A stretch of 64,000 bases of DNA from an uncultured Planctomycetia bacterium (GTDB lineage Bacteria; Omnitrophota; Gorgyraeia; Duberdicusellales; 4484-171), in NCBI GenBank assembly GCA_964489445.1, contig CAZAYU010000002.1, positions 205,020 to 269,019 on the forward strand. Direction: 5' to 3'. Numbering within the stretch: the first letter of the stretch is position 1; every line of letters starts with the position of its first letter. The translations under genes were made by a program, and so were the position numbers. The notes beneath the pieces were generated by a model. That model was given only the letters and a program-made list of their open reading frames with translations, was not told where the DNA came from and searched no databases. Below, piece after piece: positions 8,443 through 18,371 of this stretch.

Positions 8443-9870
8443 GTGAATAAGCTAAATCTGGGAAGCGTTTTAAGCTTTTTTTTGTTCATTGCGTTTTTTT
8501 TGGGAGTTGTTGCTGCTTATTTTATTTCTGCATTTATACTTTTTTCTATTTTAGTTTTATTGTGCTTATTTTTTGTCTATTTTACTTATCGAAAAAATAG
8601 TTTGGTGGCATCTGATTTATGGATTTTAATGCTTTTTTTTGCATTGGGAGGAATATGGAATATTTCTTTTTTTGTCCAAAAATCAGGTATACTTTTGAAC
8701 AAAGAGAGCGAAGTGATTTTACACGTTTTGTCGATTCCTCAAGAGAACAAGCGTAGCAATACATTTTTTGGAGAAGTAAGCGCAATTGACGTGCCAAAAA
8801 ATAGCTCAAGGGTGAAAGTCCGTGATTATACCCGCTCCTTAAAATATCTAGATACTTATAAAGTTAGAGGACGAGTTACTAAACGGGTTTATCATAACCG
8901 TTTTTTTTATTATTTTTGGATTAAATCTAGAGCAAAGCCGTTAAAATTATCTTCGGGTGTTTTGAATAATATTTCTCAGAAAATTACCAATTACGTATTA
9001 AGGGTGTTTAAAGAAAATTGCTCAGATCAGGCGTACAGATTTTTAGGTGCGGTATTTTTAGGCAGAAGGGAGCTGATTAAGAACGAAAAAGGATATTTTT
9101 CTGATGCTGGCGTTTCACATCTGTTGGCGATAAGTGGTTTGCATATTGGGCTTACCTCATTAATATTATTTTTTCTTCTAAGATTTTTCAGTCTTAATTT
9201 TCGAGCCTGTCTATTTGTGTCGATGATTTTTTTATTTGTGTATACTTTTCTAACCGGAGCAACTTCTTCTACCGTAAGAGCAGCGATTATGTATTCGGTA
9301 TTTGCTGTTGGTTTTTTCTTGCAAACGAGAGTTGATCCATTGAATTCCTTAGGAATAGCCGGGCTAATTATTTTATTATGTAATCCTTTAGATGTGCTAA
9401 GCGTTGGATTTCAATTATCTTTTTCTTCGGTATTTGCGATTATTTTTGGATATCGGATTTTTAAATTTAAATTTGCAAGAAATAAGGTTCTAAATTATTT
9501 ACAGCAGATTATTGTTTGTTCTTTTCTAGTATCGTTATTTATAACACCTTTAGTTTCCTATTATTTCCATAAAATCTATATTTTGAGTATAGTTTATAAT
9601 CTTTTCCTGATTCCTCTATTTACATTCATCCTAATGGCCAATTTTTTATTGGTGATATTTTCGCCAGCTATATTTGTTGCTAAATCTTTAGGGTGCGTGC
9701 TATCGTTGGTAATTGATTGGTTTATTAATCTTGTCCATGTTTTTGGGTCTTTTGAATTATCATTTGTTAATTATGCTTTTTCGTTCAAACAAATTGTTAT
9801 CTATTATCTTTTTTTAGGTTTAGGGATAGTCGGATACTACTTTCGAAATAATAAGCTAGCTGTAAAATAA
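8443..9870 (+). CDS. comEC: ComEC/Rec2-family DNA internalisation channel, short form lacking the C-terminal metallo-beta-lactamase domain
   Basis: Polytopic membrane protein with the competence-domain motif (GVSHLLAISGLHIGL). At 475 aa it ends well before where the MBL domain would lie. Confidence 0.75.
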   Translation: MNKLNLGSVLSFFLFIAFFLGVVAAYFISAFILFSILVLLCLFFVYFTYRKNSLVASDLWILMLFFALGGIWNISFFVQKSGILLNKESEVILHVLSIPQENKRSNTFFGEVSAIDVPKNSSRVKVRDYTRSLKYLDTYKVRGRVTKRVYHNRFFYYFWIKSRAKPLKLSSGVLNNISQKITNYVLRVFKENCSDQAYRFLGAVFLGRRELIKNEKGYFSDAGVSHLLAISGLHIGLTSLILFFLLRFFSLNFRACLFVSMIFLFVYTFLTGATSSTVRAAIMYSVFAVGFFLQTRVDPLNSLGIAGLIILLCNPLDVLSVGFQLSFSSVFAIIFGYRIFKFKFARNKVLNYLQQIIVCSFLVSLFITPLVSYYFHKIYILSIVYNLFLIPLFTFILMANFLLVIFSPAIFVAKSLGCVLSLVIDWFINLVHVFGSFELSFVNYAFSFKQIVIYYLFLGLGIVGYYFRNNKLAVK

Positions 9871-9959
9871 GCATTAATCGAGTATTGTTTTAACGATTGA
9901 CAGCCAAGTTTTTTGTACATATACTAAATTGGCAATACAACAAAAAGAGGAGAATAAGC

Positions 9960-11372
9960 ATGGGTGTTAAAAAGAACCACAAGCTGAGTGTTTTTGTACT
10001 AGCAATGATGAACGTTGCAATTATCATGAATCTTCGAGGATTACCAATGATGGCCAAGGAAGGATTGGCAATGATTTTCTTTCTTCTTTTTGCGACTTTT
10101 ATATTTTTATTGCCGACATCTTTGGTTTCTGCAGAGCTAGCTACAGGGTGGCCTACTGGTGGTGGGGTTTATCGTTGGGTAAAAGAAGCCTTTGGTGGGC
10201 GTTTAGGTTTTGTGGCTATTTGGCTTCAGTGGATTCAAAATGTTATTTGGTATCCGACGATATTGGGATTTGCTGCTGGCGCGTTAGCCTATCTTTTTTT
10301 TAATCCGGCATTGGCAAATAACAAATTATTTAATGTTGTGGTAATTCTAAGTGTCTATTGGGGGGCAACGTTAGTTAATTTTCGGGGCATGAAAACTTCC
10401 GGATGGATAACTACTTCTGGGGTTATTGCTGGAACAATATTTCCGGCACTTCTAGCGATTGGTTTAGGAATTGCCTGGTGGGTCAAAGGTGATGTGTTGG
10501 AGTTTACTCTTACTTCACATAGTATTTTTCCTGATTTTAGTAATTTTAGTAATATTTCCTTTTTAGCTGGTGTAGTCCTTTTATTTGCGGGCATGGAAGT
10601 CTCAGCAGTTCATGCTCTAGAAGTAGACAATCCAAAACGTAATTATCCTAGAGCAATTTTTTTAGCCGGAGCGGTTATTGTAATAATCTTTACATTAAGT
10701 TCTTTGTCGATTGCTGCGGTGTTACCTGCAGATAATATTAGCCTTACTGCCGGGGTTATGCAGGGATTTAAGGACCAGCTCAAAGTATTCAATTTAGATT
10801 GGTTACTTCCGATTATTGGGGCTCTTGTGGCGTTTGGAGGAATAGGTGCGGTTACTGCTTGGATAATCGGTCCTAGTAAAGGGCTTTTGGCTACGGCTAA
10901 AGACGGAGATCTTCCACCATTCTTGGCTTACACTAATAATAATGGGGTTGCAACGCGAATATTATTTATTCAAGGGCTAATAGTGACGGCGGTTACGCTT
11001 GTTTATTTATTGATGCCTAATGTTAGCAGTGCGTTTTTTTTGTTAACAGCTTTAACGGCTATTCTATATTTAATAATGTATATCATTCTATTTAGTGCAG
11101 CGATAAGGTTGCGTTATTCTCAACCTTTAGTCCATAGAGCGTATAAAGTACCCGGAGGGAAAATAGGTATGTGGATAGTTTCTGGCATCGGAATTATCGG
11201 TGCTTTATTTGCGATAACAGTGGGATTTTTTCCTCCAGCACAATTAAAAACAGGAAATTTTACTTTTTATATAATTTTTTTAATTGTCGGGGTAACTATT
11301 TTCATTAGCGCTCCTTTAGTTATTAATAGTTTAAAACGTCCGGAGTGGGTTGTGAAAAATAGCACAGAGTAA
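9960..11372 (+). CDS. gadC: APC-family amino acid permease, likely a glutamate:GABA antiporter
   Basis: About 12 TM helices and APC-type motifs, sitting immediately upstream of the glutamate decarboxylase gene. Start set at MGVKKNHK, which has the RBS agaggag; the track ORF starts 63 nt earlier. Confidence 0.65.
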   Translation: MGVKKNHKLSVFVLAMMNVAIIMNLRGLPMMAKEGLAMIFFLLFATFIFLLPTSLVSAELATGWPTGGGVYRWVKEAFGGRLGFVAIWLQWIQNVIWYPTILGFAAGALAYLFFNPALANNKLFNVVVILSVYWGATLVNFRGMKTSGWITTSGVIAGTIFPALLAIGLGIAWWVKGDVLEFTLTSHSIFPDFSNFSNISFLAGVVLLFAGMEVSAVHALEVDNPKRNYPRAIFLAGAVIVIIFTLSSLSIAAVLPADNISLTAGVMQGFKDQLKVFNLDWLLPIIGALVAFGGIGAVTAWIIGPSKGLLATAKDGDLPPFLAYTNNNGVATRILFIQGLIVTAVTLVYLLMPNVSSAFFLLTALTAILYLIMYIILFSAAIRLRYSQPLVHRAYKVPGGKIGMWIVSGIGIIGALFAITVGFFPPAQLKTGNFTFYIIFLIVGVTIFISAPLVINSLKRPEWVVKNSTE

Positions 11373-11472
11373 GTTTTTCAAATTTTGATTAATTATCCGG
11401 CAAAATAAAACGAGGATAGCGGAAAGATCATAAGGCAATAATCCGCAAAATTATTAGACAAAAGGAGTATTT

Positions 11473-12873
11473 ATGTTGCACAAAAAAGTTGATTTAAACA
11501 AGTTAGAGGATAGAGAAAAAGTTGTTATGCCAACATATGGAGCGCGAGAGTTAAATGTGGATGTGCCTAAATATGAGATGCCTTGCGATTCGATGCTACC
11601 AAAAACAGCGTATACTATTGTTCATGATGAACTAATGCTTGATGGTAACTCTCGTCTTAATCTTGCGACTTTTGTAACGACATGGATGGAGCCGGAAGCA
11701 AGACAGTTAATGTCAGAGACTTTTGATAAAAATATGATTGATAAAGATGAATATCCTCAGACAGCTGAGCTAGAAATGCGTTGTGTAAATATGTTGTCGC
11801 GATTATATAATTCTCCTGAAGGCCAAGGGTGCGGATGCTCTACAATTGGCTCTTCAGAAGCAGTTATGCTTGGCGGAATGGCTTTAAAATGGAAATGGCG
11901 CCAACGGATGAAAGATAAAGGAAAGCTTACAGATAAACCAAATATTGTATTAGGGGTAGATGTCCAAGTTTGTTGGGATAAATTTTGTAAATATTGGGAT
12001 GTTGAACCTCGGTTTATTCCTATGGAGGGTAGTCGCTATGGAATAAACGCCGAAGAAGTTATTAAGCGTGCTGACGAGAATACAATAGGAGTAGCGGTAA
12101 TAATGGGCACTACATTCACTGGGCAGTATGAACCGGTCAAAGAGATCAATGATGCCCTAGATAAGCTCAACGCAAAAACTGGATGGGATATTCCTATGCA
12201 TGTGGATGCAGCTTCCGGAGGGTTTGTTGCTCCATTTATTCAGCCTGATTTGGAATGGGACTTTCGTTTAAAATGGGTAAAATCAATAAATGTTTCCGGG
12301 CATAAGTATGGATTAGTTTATCCTGGAGTGGGATGGATTATTTGGCGGGATAAGACGGAATTACCTGATGATTTAGTATTTAAAGTTAATTACTTAGGGG
12401 GAGAAATGCCGACGTTTGCTATTAATTTTTCGCGCCCGGGAAATCAAATAGTTGCTCAATATTATAATTTTATTCGTTTAGGTAAGAGTGGATATAAAAA
12501 AATTATGCAGTCTCTTCAAGATATTGCTTTGTATCTTTCAGGAGAGATAGCCAAGATTGGTCCTTTTGAACTGCTAACTGATGGTAGTGATATTCCGGTA
12601 CTTGCTTTTAAAATTAAAGGAAAAGAAAATTATACAGTATTTGATATTTCAGAGATGGTTCGCGACAGGGGATGGCTAATACCGGCTTATACACTTCCAC
12701 CTAACGATGAATCTTTAGCTGTGTTAAGAATTGTAGTTAAGGAAGGATTTAGCCGGGACATGGCTAACTTGCTTATTCAAGATTTAAAAAGAATACTAAA
12801 TCACTTTAGAGAACATCCTGAACGTAAGCCTAAGCAGAGAAAAATTTTAGGGAGAACGAGAACCCATTGCTGA
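11473..12873 (+). CDS. gadB: glutamate decarboxylase (PLP-dependent)
   Basis: 466 aa, collinear with E. coli GadB. The PLP-lysine motif SGHKYG is present, along with many identical blocks (LDGNxRxNLATF, DKPNxV, AINFSRP). Confidence 0.9.
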   Translation: MLHKKVDLNKLEDREKVVMPTYGARELNVDVPKYEMPCDSMLPKTAYTIVHDELMLDGNSRLNLATFVTTWMEPEARQLMSETFDKNMIDKDEYPQTAELEMRCVNMLSRLYNSPEGQGCGCSTIGSSEAVMLGGMALKWKWRQRMKDKGKLTDKPNIVLGVDVQVCWDKFCKYWDVEPRFIPMEGSRYGINAEEVIKRADENTIGVAVIMGTTFTGQYEPVKEINDALDKLNAKTGWDIPMHVDAASGGFVAPFIQPDLEWDFRLKWVKSINVSGHKYGLVYPGVGWIIWRDKTELPDDLVFKVNYLGGEMPTFAINFSRPGNQIVAQYYNFIRLGKSGYKKIMQSLQDIALYLSGEIAKIGPFELLTDGSDIPVLAFKIKGKENYTVFDISEMVRDRGWLIPAYTLPPNDESLAVLRIVVKEGFSRDMANLLIQDLKRILNHFREHPERKPKQRKILGRTRTHC

Positions 12874-13000
12874 TTAAGAAAATTTAATTTATCTTTTTTT
12901 GAGCTTTTTTATTTAGAATGGTGAAATATATAATAGTCGAATTTAATTTACTATTGACATAAAAGTAAGCAGTTTATTATTTTACGAATGTCGACGGCAG

Positions 13001-13029
13001 TTGACAAATAATCTTGATTTTGGTATAGT
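13001..13029 (+). promoter_or_regulatory. sigma70-like promoter TTGACA-17-TATAGT, 6 nt upstream of the GTG start of the BamD-like gene (possible leaderless transcript)
   Basis: Near-consensus -35 and -10 hexamers with a 17-nt spacer, read directly from the sequence. Confidence 0.45.
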
Positions 13030-13035
13030 TTTTGC

Positions 13036-14973
13036 GTGAAAAAAGTACTTATTTTTTTAATTCTTCTTGCTGTTCCATTTAATGCCTATTCGTTTTGGAT
13101 TTGGTCCCCTAAAACTCAAAAATGGAAAAATCCTAAATATTCAGCATTGGCTACTCCTTATCTTCAATATAAAGAATCATTAAAATTTTTTGACCAGGAA
13201 ATGTATCAAGATGCTTATCGTGGATTTAAAAAGATTCTAATTAACTATCCTGATGCCAAGGAAGCTGCCGAGGCACAATATTATGTGGCGCGGTGTTTGG
13301 AAAAAATTAACAAACCTTACGATGCTTTTTTAGAGTATCAAAAACTTATTGATAGTTATCCAAATAGCCAGAAAATTAACGAAACAGTAGAGAGAGAGTA
13401 CAGCATTGGTGAATATTTTCTTAATAGAGAACATAAAAAATGGCTGGGTGTCTCTTTTTATGATTTTGTTGAGCATCCATCGATTGAGATTTTTAAGGGA
13501 ATTGTTGATAAAGTTCCTTATTCTGATTATGCTCCTCGGGCGCAGTATAAATTGGGGAGCATTTTTATGAAACTAAGGCGTTATGATGAGGCTCGAGATG
13601 CTTTTCAGAAAGTTATTGATAATTATTCAGAAAGTGAATGGTCGACCCCAGCTAAGTATCAGTTAGCAATAGCAACTTCTAAAGTGTTTTCCGGAGCTGA
13701 TTATGATTCATCTTATTTAGAAGAAGCCGTTAACAGATTAGATGAGTTTATTAAGGAGCATCCAGAAGCTCAGATTTCTGTTGAGGCTGAAGAGCAATTG
13801 ACAGACTTAAGAAATCGCGAAGCGAAAAAAAATTTTGATATTGCTCAATTTTACGAAAACCAAAATCAATATAAAAGTGCCATAATATACTACAACAAAG
13901 TAGCCAGCCAATATCCAAACAGTAATTACTTTGATAGTTCTTCAAAAAAAATTAAGGAATTACAAGAGCTAGTAGAAGGAGGTATCACTAAAAAGGAATT
14001 AAGAATAAAGGAAAAAAAAGAATTATTAGAAACTAAAAAGCTAAAAAAAATAGTTTTGAAAAAAGAAAAATTAATAAAAAAACAAGCGATTAGAGAAGAA
14101 AGGAAAAAGAGTAAACAAGAAGCTTTAAACGCAAAAAAAGAAAATAAGCTGTTATTAAAGGAAAGTAAAGCGAAAAAAATAAATGAGCGTAAGCTTAAAA
14201 AACAAAGTATTCACCAGGAGAAACTAGATAAGAAGAAAGAGCTCGTAGAAAAGAAGAAGAAATTAAAGGAACAAAAACGCCAGGAAAAACTAGATAAGAA
14301 GAAAGAGCTCATAGCAAAGAAAAAGAGATTGAAAGAACAAAAACGCCAGGAAAAATTACAAAGAGTCGAAGAACGTAGGCTACAAAAGGAAATTATCCGT
14401 CAAAAAAAGTTAGAAATAAAGGCGCGGTTAAAAAAGGAAAAAGACCAGGCGTGTATTGTTAAAGTAGAAAAGCGGCAATTGGCAAAAAAAGAAGCTGATT
14501 ATCGAGAGGAGAGGAGAAGGGAGGAGGAAATATCAAAGAAAACGCAAAAGAAAGTATTGCTTCAGGGGAAGGCTGAGAGGCAGCAAAGAATTTTAGAAAT
14601 AAAAAAAGACCTAGCGCTGAAAGAAAAAGAGTATAAAATTCAGCGAAAACAAGCTAAGTTAAAAAGAGCTAATGAGCGTAAGCTTAAAAAACAAAGTATT
14701 CACCAGGAAAAACTAGATAAGAAGAAAGAGCTCACAGAAAAGAAAAAGAAATTGAAAGAGCAAAAACGTCAGGAAAAGTTACAAAGCGTCGAAGAACGTA
14801 GGCTACAAAAGGAAATTATCCGTCAAAAAAAGTTAGAAAAAAAGCAGAAAAACAAAGAATATATTTTAAAAAAAAAAGCAATAGCTTACGATGCTACTCT
14901 TAAAAAAGAGAGCATTGGCCAAAAGAAAGATGAAAGCTTATTAGAGTCATTTGGCTATTTAATGGAAGACTAA
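13036..14973 (+). CDS. BamD/YfiO-like TPR lipoprotein with a ~320-aa Lys/Glu-rich repetitive C-terminal extension
   Basis: Signal peptide followed by TPR helices resembling BamD (AQYYVARCLEKINKPYDAFLEYQKLIDSYPNSQ; PRAQYKLGSIF). The C-terminal half is KE-rich coiled-coil/low-complexity sequence encoded by long DNA repeats. Confidence 0.55.
   Translation: MKKVLIFLILLAVPFNAYSFWIWSPKTQKWKNPKYSALATPYLQYKESLKFFDQEMYQDAYRGFKKILINYPDAKEAAEAQYYVARCLEKINKPYDAFLEYQKLIDSYPNSQKINETVEREYSIGEYFLNREHKKWLGVSFYDFVEHPSIEIFKGIVDKVPYSDYAPRAQYKLGSIFMKLRRYDEARDAFQKVIDNYSESEWSTPAKYQLAIATSKVFSGADYDSSYLEEAVNRLDEFIKEHPEAQISVEAEEQLTDLRNREAKKNFDIAQFYENQNQYKSAIIYYNKVASQYPNSNYFDSSSKKIKELQELVEGGITKKELRIKEKKELLETKKLKKIVLKKEKLIKKQAIREERKKSKQEALNAKKENKLLLKESKAKKINERKLKKQSIHQEKLDKKKELVEKKKKLKEQKRQEKLDKKKELIAKKKRLKEQKRQEKLQRVEERRLQKEIIRQKKLEIKARLKKEKDQACIVKVEKRQLAKKEADYREERRREEEISKKTQKKVLLQGKAERQQRILEIKKDLALKEKEYKIQRKQAKLKRANERKLKKQSIHQEKLDKKKELTEKKKKLKEQKRQEKLQSVEERRLQKEIIRQKKLEKKQKNKEYILKKKAIAYDATLKKESIGQKKDESLLESFGYLMED
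14182..14420 (+). repeat. intragenic repeat copy A (about 240 bp, with an internal ~63-bp tandem duplication)
   Basis: aatgagcgtaagcttaaaaaacaaagtattcaccaggagaaactagataagaagaaagagctc...ccgtcaaaaaaagttagaaa recurs at 14671. Confidence 0.8.
14671..14840 (+). repeat. intragenic repeat copy B (about 170 bp)
   Basis: Near-identical to copy A; the encoded protein repeats are NERKLKKQSIHQEKLDKKKEL.EKKKKLKEQKRQEKLQ.VEERRLQKEIIRQKKLE. Confidence 0.8.
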
Positions 14974-14974
14974 T

Positions 14975-15517
14975 ATGAAAAATGTTTTATTTATTTTATT
15001 GTTTATTATTTCTGGCTGTGGCTACACTACTAGCGGGTGTAGATATGTCGGAGAGAAGATAATAATAAAGCCGGTAACAAACAGTATTGATATAACTTCA
15101 GAGAGTAGAAAATATTCCACTTATGAAAGTTATCCGATTTTAATCGAGAATAGATTAACTAATAAATTGGTTAGAAAATTTAATATCGACGGGAGTCTTA
15201 AGGTAGTTAATTATAGTCCTCAGGCGCTAGAGTTGGTTTGTAATATTACTGATTACAAAAAAGAAGCTTTGCGTTATTCAGATGATGATGATGTTCGAGA
15301 GCAAAGATTAAGGCTATATGTTAAAATGAAATTTACTAATCCTGCTGGGGAAATTTTAGAAGAAAGAAATGTGATGGGGGAAACTACATATTTTCTCACA
15401 GGGATTACTCTTACTGATGGCACATCTATCCGGCCTAAAAGCGAAACTGCTGCACAGGCAGATTTAATTGACGATACAGCAAGAAGAATCTCCGAAGCAG
15501 TTTTAGAAGAATGGTGA
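14975..15517 (+). CDS. lptE: LPS-assembly lipoprotein LptE-like
   Basis: 180 aa with a lipobox (IISGCG), size and C-terminal helix resembling LptE, and a position immediately upstream of a holA-like gene (the conserved lptE-holA pairing). Confidence 0.45.
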   Translation: MKNVLFILLFIISGCGYTTSGCRYVGEKIIIKPVTNSIDITSESRKYSTYESYPILIENRLTNKLVRKFNIDGSLKVVNYSPQALELVCNITDYKKEALRYSDDDDVREQRLRLYVKMKFTNPAGEILEERNVMGETTYFLTGITLTDGTSIRPKSETAAQADLIDDTARRISEAVLEEW

Positions 15518-15588
15518 TTTAAAATCTCAAAAGTTGGTTTCTAGGTTTTCGTAGTTACTTAAAAAATAATTAGTTTATGTAAAGACCA

Positions 15589-16314
15589 TTGTCAGCAATG
15601 AATTTAAGGGAAAGACTGTTTTTAATTAGTGGGAATGACTCAGTAAAACGCCGACAGGCAGAAACGGGCATTAAGCAGAAAATATTGGAAGGAAAAGATT
15701 GCAGGATAAATACTATTACGCTGTATGTTGATGAATTAGGAAAAGAAACTATCCCGGAAGATATTGCGAACAATTATTTTGGTGCAAATAACCTCATTAT
15801 TCTTAAAAATTTTTTGACTATAAGTTCTTTGTTTAAAAGTTTTATTCTTTCAAATTTAAAAAAAATAATTAAAGATAGTTTTATAATATTCGAAACAGAT
15901 GATAGCTTATATCATATTCAGAGAGAGAAAAAAATAGCTTCTGATGAGTTATTTAAACTTGTGTTGAATTCTGCTGTTCGTTTCAGCGCTGATTCGTTTA
16001 ACAGAGTGGTGTCGATAAATCTTTTTTTGAATAGTCTTAATAAAAATAATATACGTACTTCTATGGATGTATTGGAAAGATTATTCAAGGATAATCCAAA
16101 TACTAGGATTGGCCCACAAGTTTTAGGCATGCTGGTTAAAAAAATTTCTTACATATCTAAGGATAGCCATTATTCTTGGATAAATGAAGGGCTTACTAAG
16201 TATGACTGTTTGCAGTATTTATATCAAGCTGATCGGCAGATAAAAGAAAAAGGGCTAAACGACCGCTTAGTAATTGAAACTTTGTTAGGAAAGATATTCA
16301 AACTCCAAAGATAG
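15589..16314 (+). CDS. holA: DNA polymerase III delta subunit-like (short HolA)
   Basis: The N-terminus LFLISGNDSVKRRQAETGIKQ aligns with E. coli HolA AYLLLGNDPLLLQESQDAVRQ, and the gene lies downstream of the lptE-like gene. At 241 aa it is shorter than canonical HolA. Confidence 0.4.
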   Translation: MSAMNLRERLFLISGNDSVKRRQAETGIKQKILEGKDCRINTITLYVDELGKETIPEDIANNYFGANNLIILKNFLTISSLFKSFILSNLKKIIKDSFIIFETDDSLYHIQREKKIASDELFKLVLNSAVRFSADSFNRVVSINLFLNSLNKNNIRTSMDVLERLFKDNPNTRIGPQVLGMLVKKISYISKDSHYSWINEGLTKYDCLQYLYQADRQIKEKGLNDRLVIETLLGKIFKLQR

Positions 16315-16354
16315 CAATGCCGATTTATTTTACTTAGGTGAGAGTATTTTTCGA

Positions 16355-16633
16355 TTAGTTATTATGCTTTGAAGAGGATTTTTGAGCTAACTTAGAAAAT
16401 CGACTTTTTTGTCTGGAGGCTTTATTTGGATGAATAATTTTTTTAGCAGCAGTTTTATCAAGAGTCTTTTGCAGTGTCTTAAGGGTGTCTTTTACAGAAG
16501 CCGTTTCCGGGCTTTTTAAGGCTTTCTTAAATTTCTTAACGGCTAGCTTTAGTGCTTGTTTTTTAGGTAAATTTTCTTGTCGCCGTTTTTTATTTTTTCT
16601 TAATTCTTTCTTAGCTGTTCTTCTCTGTGGCAT
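16355..16633 (-). CDS. rpsT: 30S ribosomal protein S20
   Basis: MPQRRTAKKELRKNKKRRQ...LDKTAAKKIIHPNKASRQKSRFSKLAQ matches the S20 pattern (KGIIHKNKAARHKSRL). I placed the start at the internal ATG preceded by aaaggaga; the track ORF is 18 aa longer. Confidence 0.8.
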   Translation of the reverse strand: MPQRRTAKKELRKNKKRRQENLPKKQALKLAVKKFKKALKSPETASVKDTLKTLQKTLDKTAAKKIIHPNKASRQKSRFSKLAQKSSSKHNN

Positions 16634-16835
16634 AATTCTCCTTTTGAGTTTAGGCTTGATTGTATAGGAACCATTAGGTAATGTCAAGTATTTTTTCTTA
16701 TTTTGAGGATTTTTTAAAAATAGAATGCCAATATGTTTTGGCGAAAATTTCTTTGCTACTGTTGAAGGGTGACTAATAAAAAGATAATGCCAGATTACAC
16801 GATGGGTTTTGTGTCTTTTGAGGCCAAAGGCAATT

Positions 16836-18371
16836 ATGTTTAAAAAAGTAATAAAAAATACAACTTTGTTGGGTGCTGGAACTTTAGCTTCTCGGGTTTT
16901 AGGCTTTATCCGTGATATTCTAATTGCTAATTATTTTGGTACTTCTGGGGTTCTTGAAGCGTTTATTGTTTCCTTTCGTTTGCCGAATATATTCCGAAGT
17001 GTACTCGCTGAAGGGTTTTCAGAATCAGTGGCAGTTCCTGTCCTTTCTGGATATCAAGGAAATAAGCAGAAAATATTCCAAACTGGAAATAATTTGTTTT
17101 CTCTTTTTTTAGTCATTCTTTTATTGTTTACAACTATCGGAGTTATTTTTCCTCGATTTTTTGTAATGGCTATTGCTCCGGGATTTATTTCTGAAATAGA
17201 TAAATTTCAAATGGCAGTATCATTCACCAGGATAACTTTTATTTATCTTTTTTTAATAGGCTTATCAGTTAATATTTCTTCAATCCTTTACTCACTAAAA
17301 GTTTTTTTTGTTCCGGCAATAAATCCTATATTTTTAAATATTTCTTTTATAGTGGGGTTGTTATTCTTCAGTCGGTCTTTTAACAATTATACTTTAGTTG
17401 TTTGTGTATTGGTGGGCGGGATACTACAAGTTATTTTTCCGCTTATTTTTTTAAAGAAACAGAGATTTATTTTTAGATTTAATTTTTTAGAATCGATAAA
17501 AGATAAAACAATTAGGAAGATGTTCAAGTTATTTATACCTCGAATTTGGTCAAGTGTTGTCTATCATTTAAGTGTTTTTGTAGACACAGCATTTTCTTCT
17601 CTAGGGCTAATAGTAGGAGAAGGAGCCATAGCCTCGGTGTATTATGCTAATAGATTGATACAGCTTCCATTTGCACTAATTGCTCTTTCTGTATCGCGGG
17701 TAGCTATCGTTGATTTATCTGCCTATCATTACCGACAGGATACCGAAGGCTTTAAGAAGTTACTGGTATTTTCATTCCAAAACATATTCTTTTTTATTAT
17801 TCCGCTTTCAGCTGTTTTTTTGTTTATTTCTCGAGATATCATTGATGTTGTTTTTGTGAGAGGAGAATTTACGAAAAGCTCATTAGTTATGACTTCTTCG
17901 GTTTTGTTTTTTTATTCTTTTGGACTTTTCTTCTTCTGTGGCATAAAATTATTAGTAAATGCTTTTTATTCTTTAGAAGATACAGGGGTCCCTGCTAAAA
18001 TAGCAACTATTTCCTTAGTGTTTAACATCGTAGTAAGTGCCGTTTTAATGTTTCCCCTGCGTGTTGGTGGGGTAGCTTTAGGTAGCAGTTTAGCCGCGAT
18101 GCTTAATTTCGGCCTTCTTTATTATTGTCTTGTAAAAAAAATCGGTAAAATAAACTGGCAAAACGCTATAGGTGAATTTTTAAAAATATTGTTAGTAAGC
18201 ATAATTATTGGTGTTCTTTCTCTTTATTTGATGCGTATTCTAAATTTTAACAAATACTTTAGATTATTACTTGTGTTATTTATTGATCTGTGTATATTTT
18301 TGGGCAGCGGATATTTATTTCGGTTTAAACAAATTGTATATTTAAAAAAATGGATATTAAAGAAAGGATAA
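16836..18371 (+). CDS. murJ: lipid II flippase MurJ (MviN)
   Basis: GAGTLASRVLGFIRDILIANYFGTSGVLEAFIVSFRLPNIFRSVLAEG is the canonical MurJ N-terminus, and the protein has about 14 TM helices. Confidence 0.9.
   Translation: MFKKVIKNTTLLGAGTLASRVLGFIRDILIANYFGTSGVLEAFIVSFRLPNIFRSVLAEGFSESVAVPVLSGYQGNKQKIFQTGNNLFSLFLVILLLFTTIGVIFPRFFVMAIAPGFISEIDKFQMAVSFTRITFIYLFLIGLSVNISSILYSLKVFFVPAINPIFLNISFIVGLLFFSRSFNNYTLVVCVLVGGILQVIFPLIFLKKQRFIFRFNFLESIKDKTIRKMFKLFIPRIWSSVVYHLSVFVDTAFSSLGLIVGEGAIASVYYANRLIQLPFALIALSVSRVAIVDLSAYHYRQDTEGFKKLLVFSFQNIFFFIIPLSAVFLFISRDIIDVVFVRGEFTKSSLVMTSSVLFFYSFGLFFFCGIKLLVNAFYSLEDTGVPAKIATISLVFNIVVSAVLMFPLRVGGVALGSSLAAMLNFGLLYYCLVKKIGKINWQNAIGEFLKILLVSIIIGVLSLYLMRILNFNKYFRLLLVLFIDLCIFLGSGYLFRFKQIVYLKKWILKKG

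Noticed and set aside
16485-16667. 60-aa plus-strand ORF opposite rpsT
   Set aside because: It overlaps the well-supported S20 gene and its composition is hydrophobic and low-complexity.
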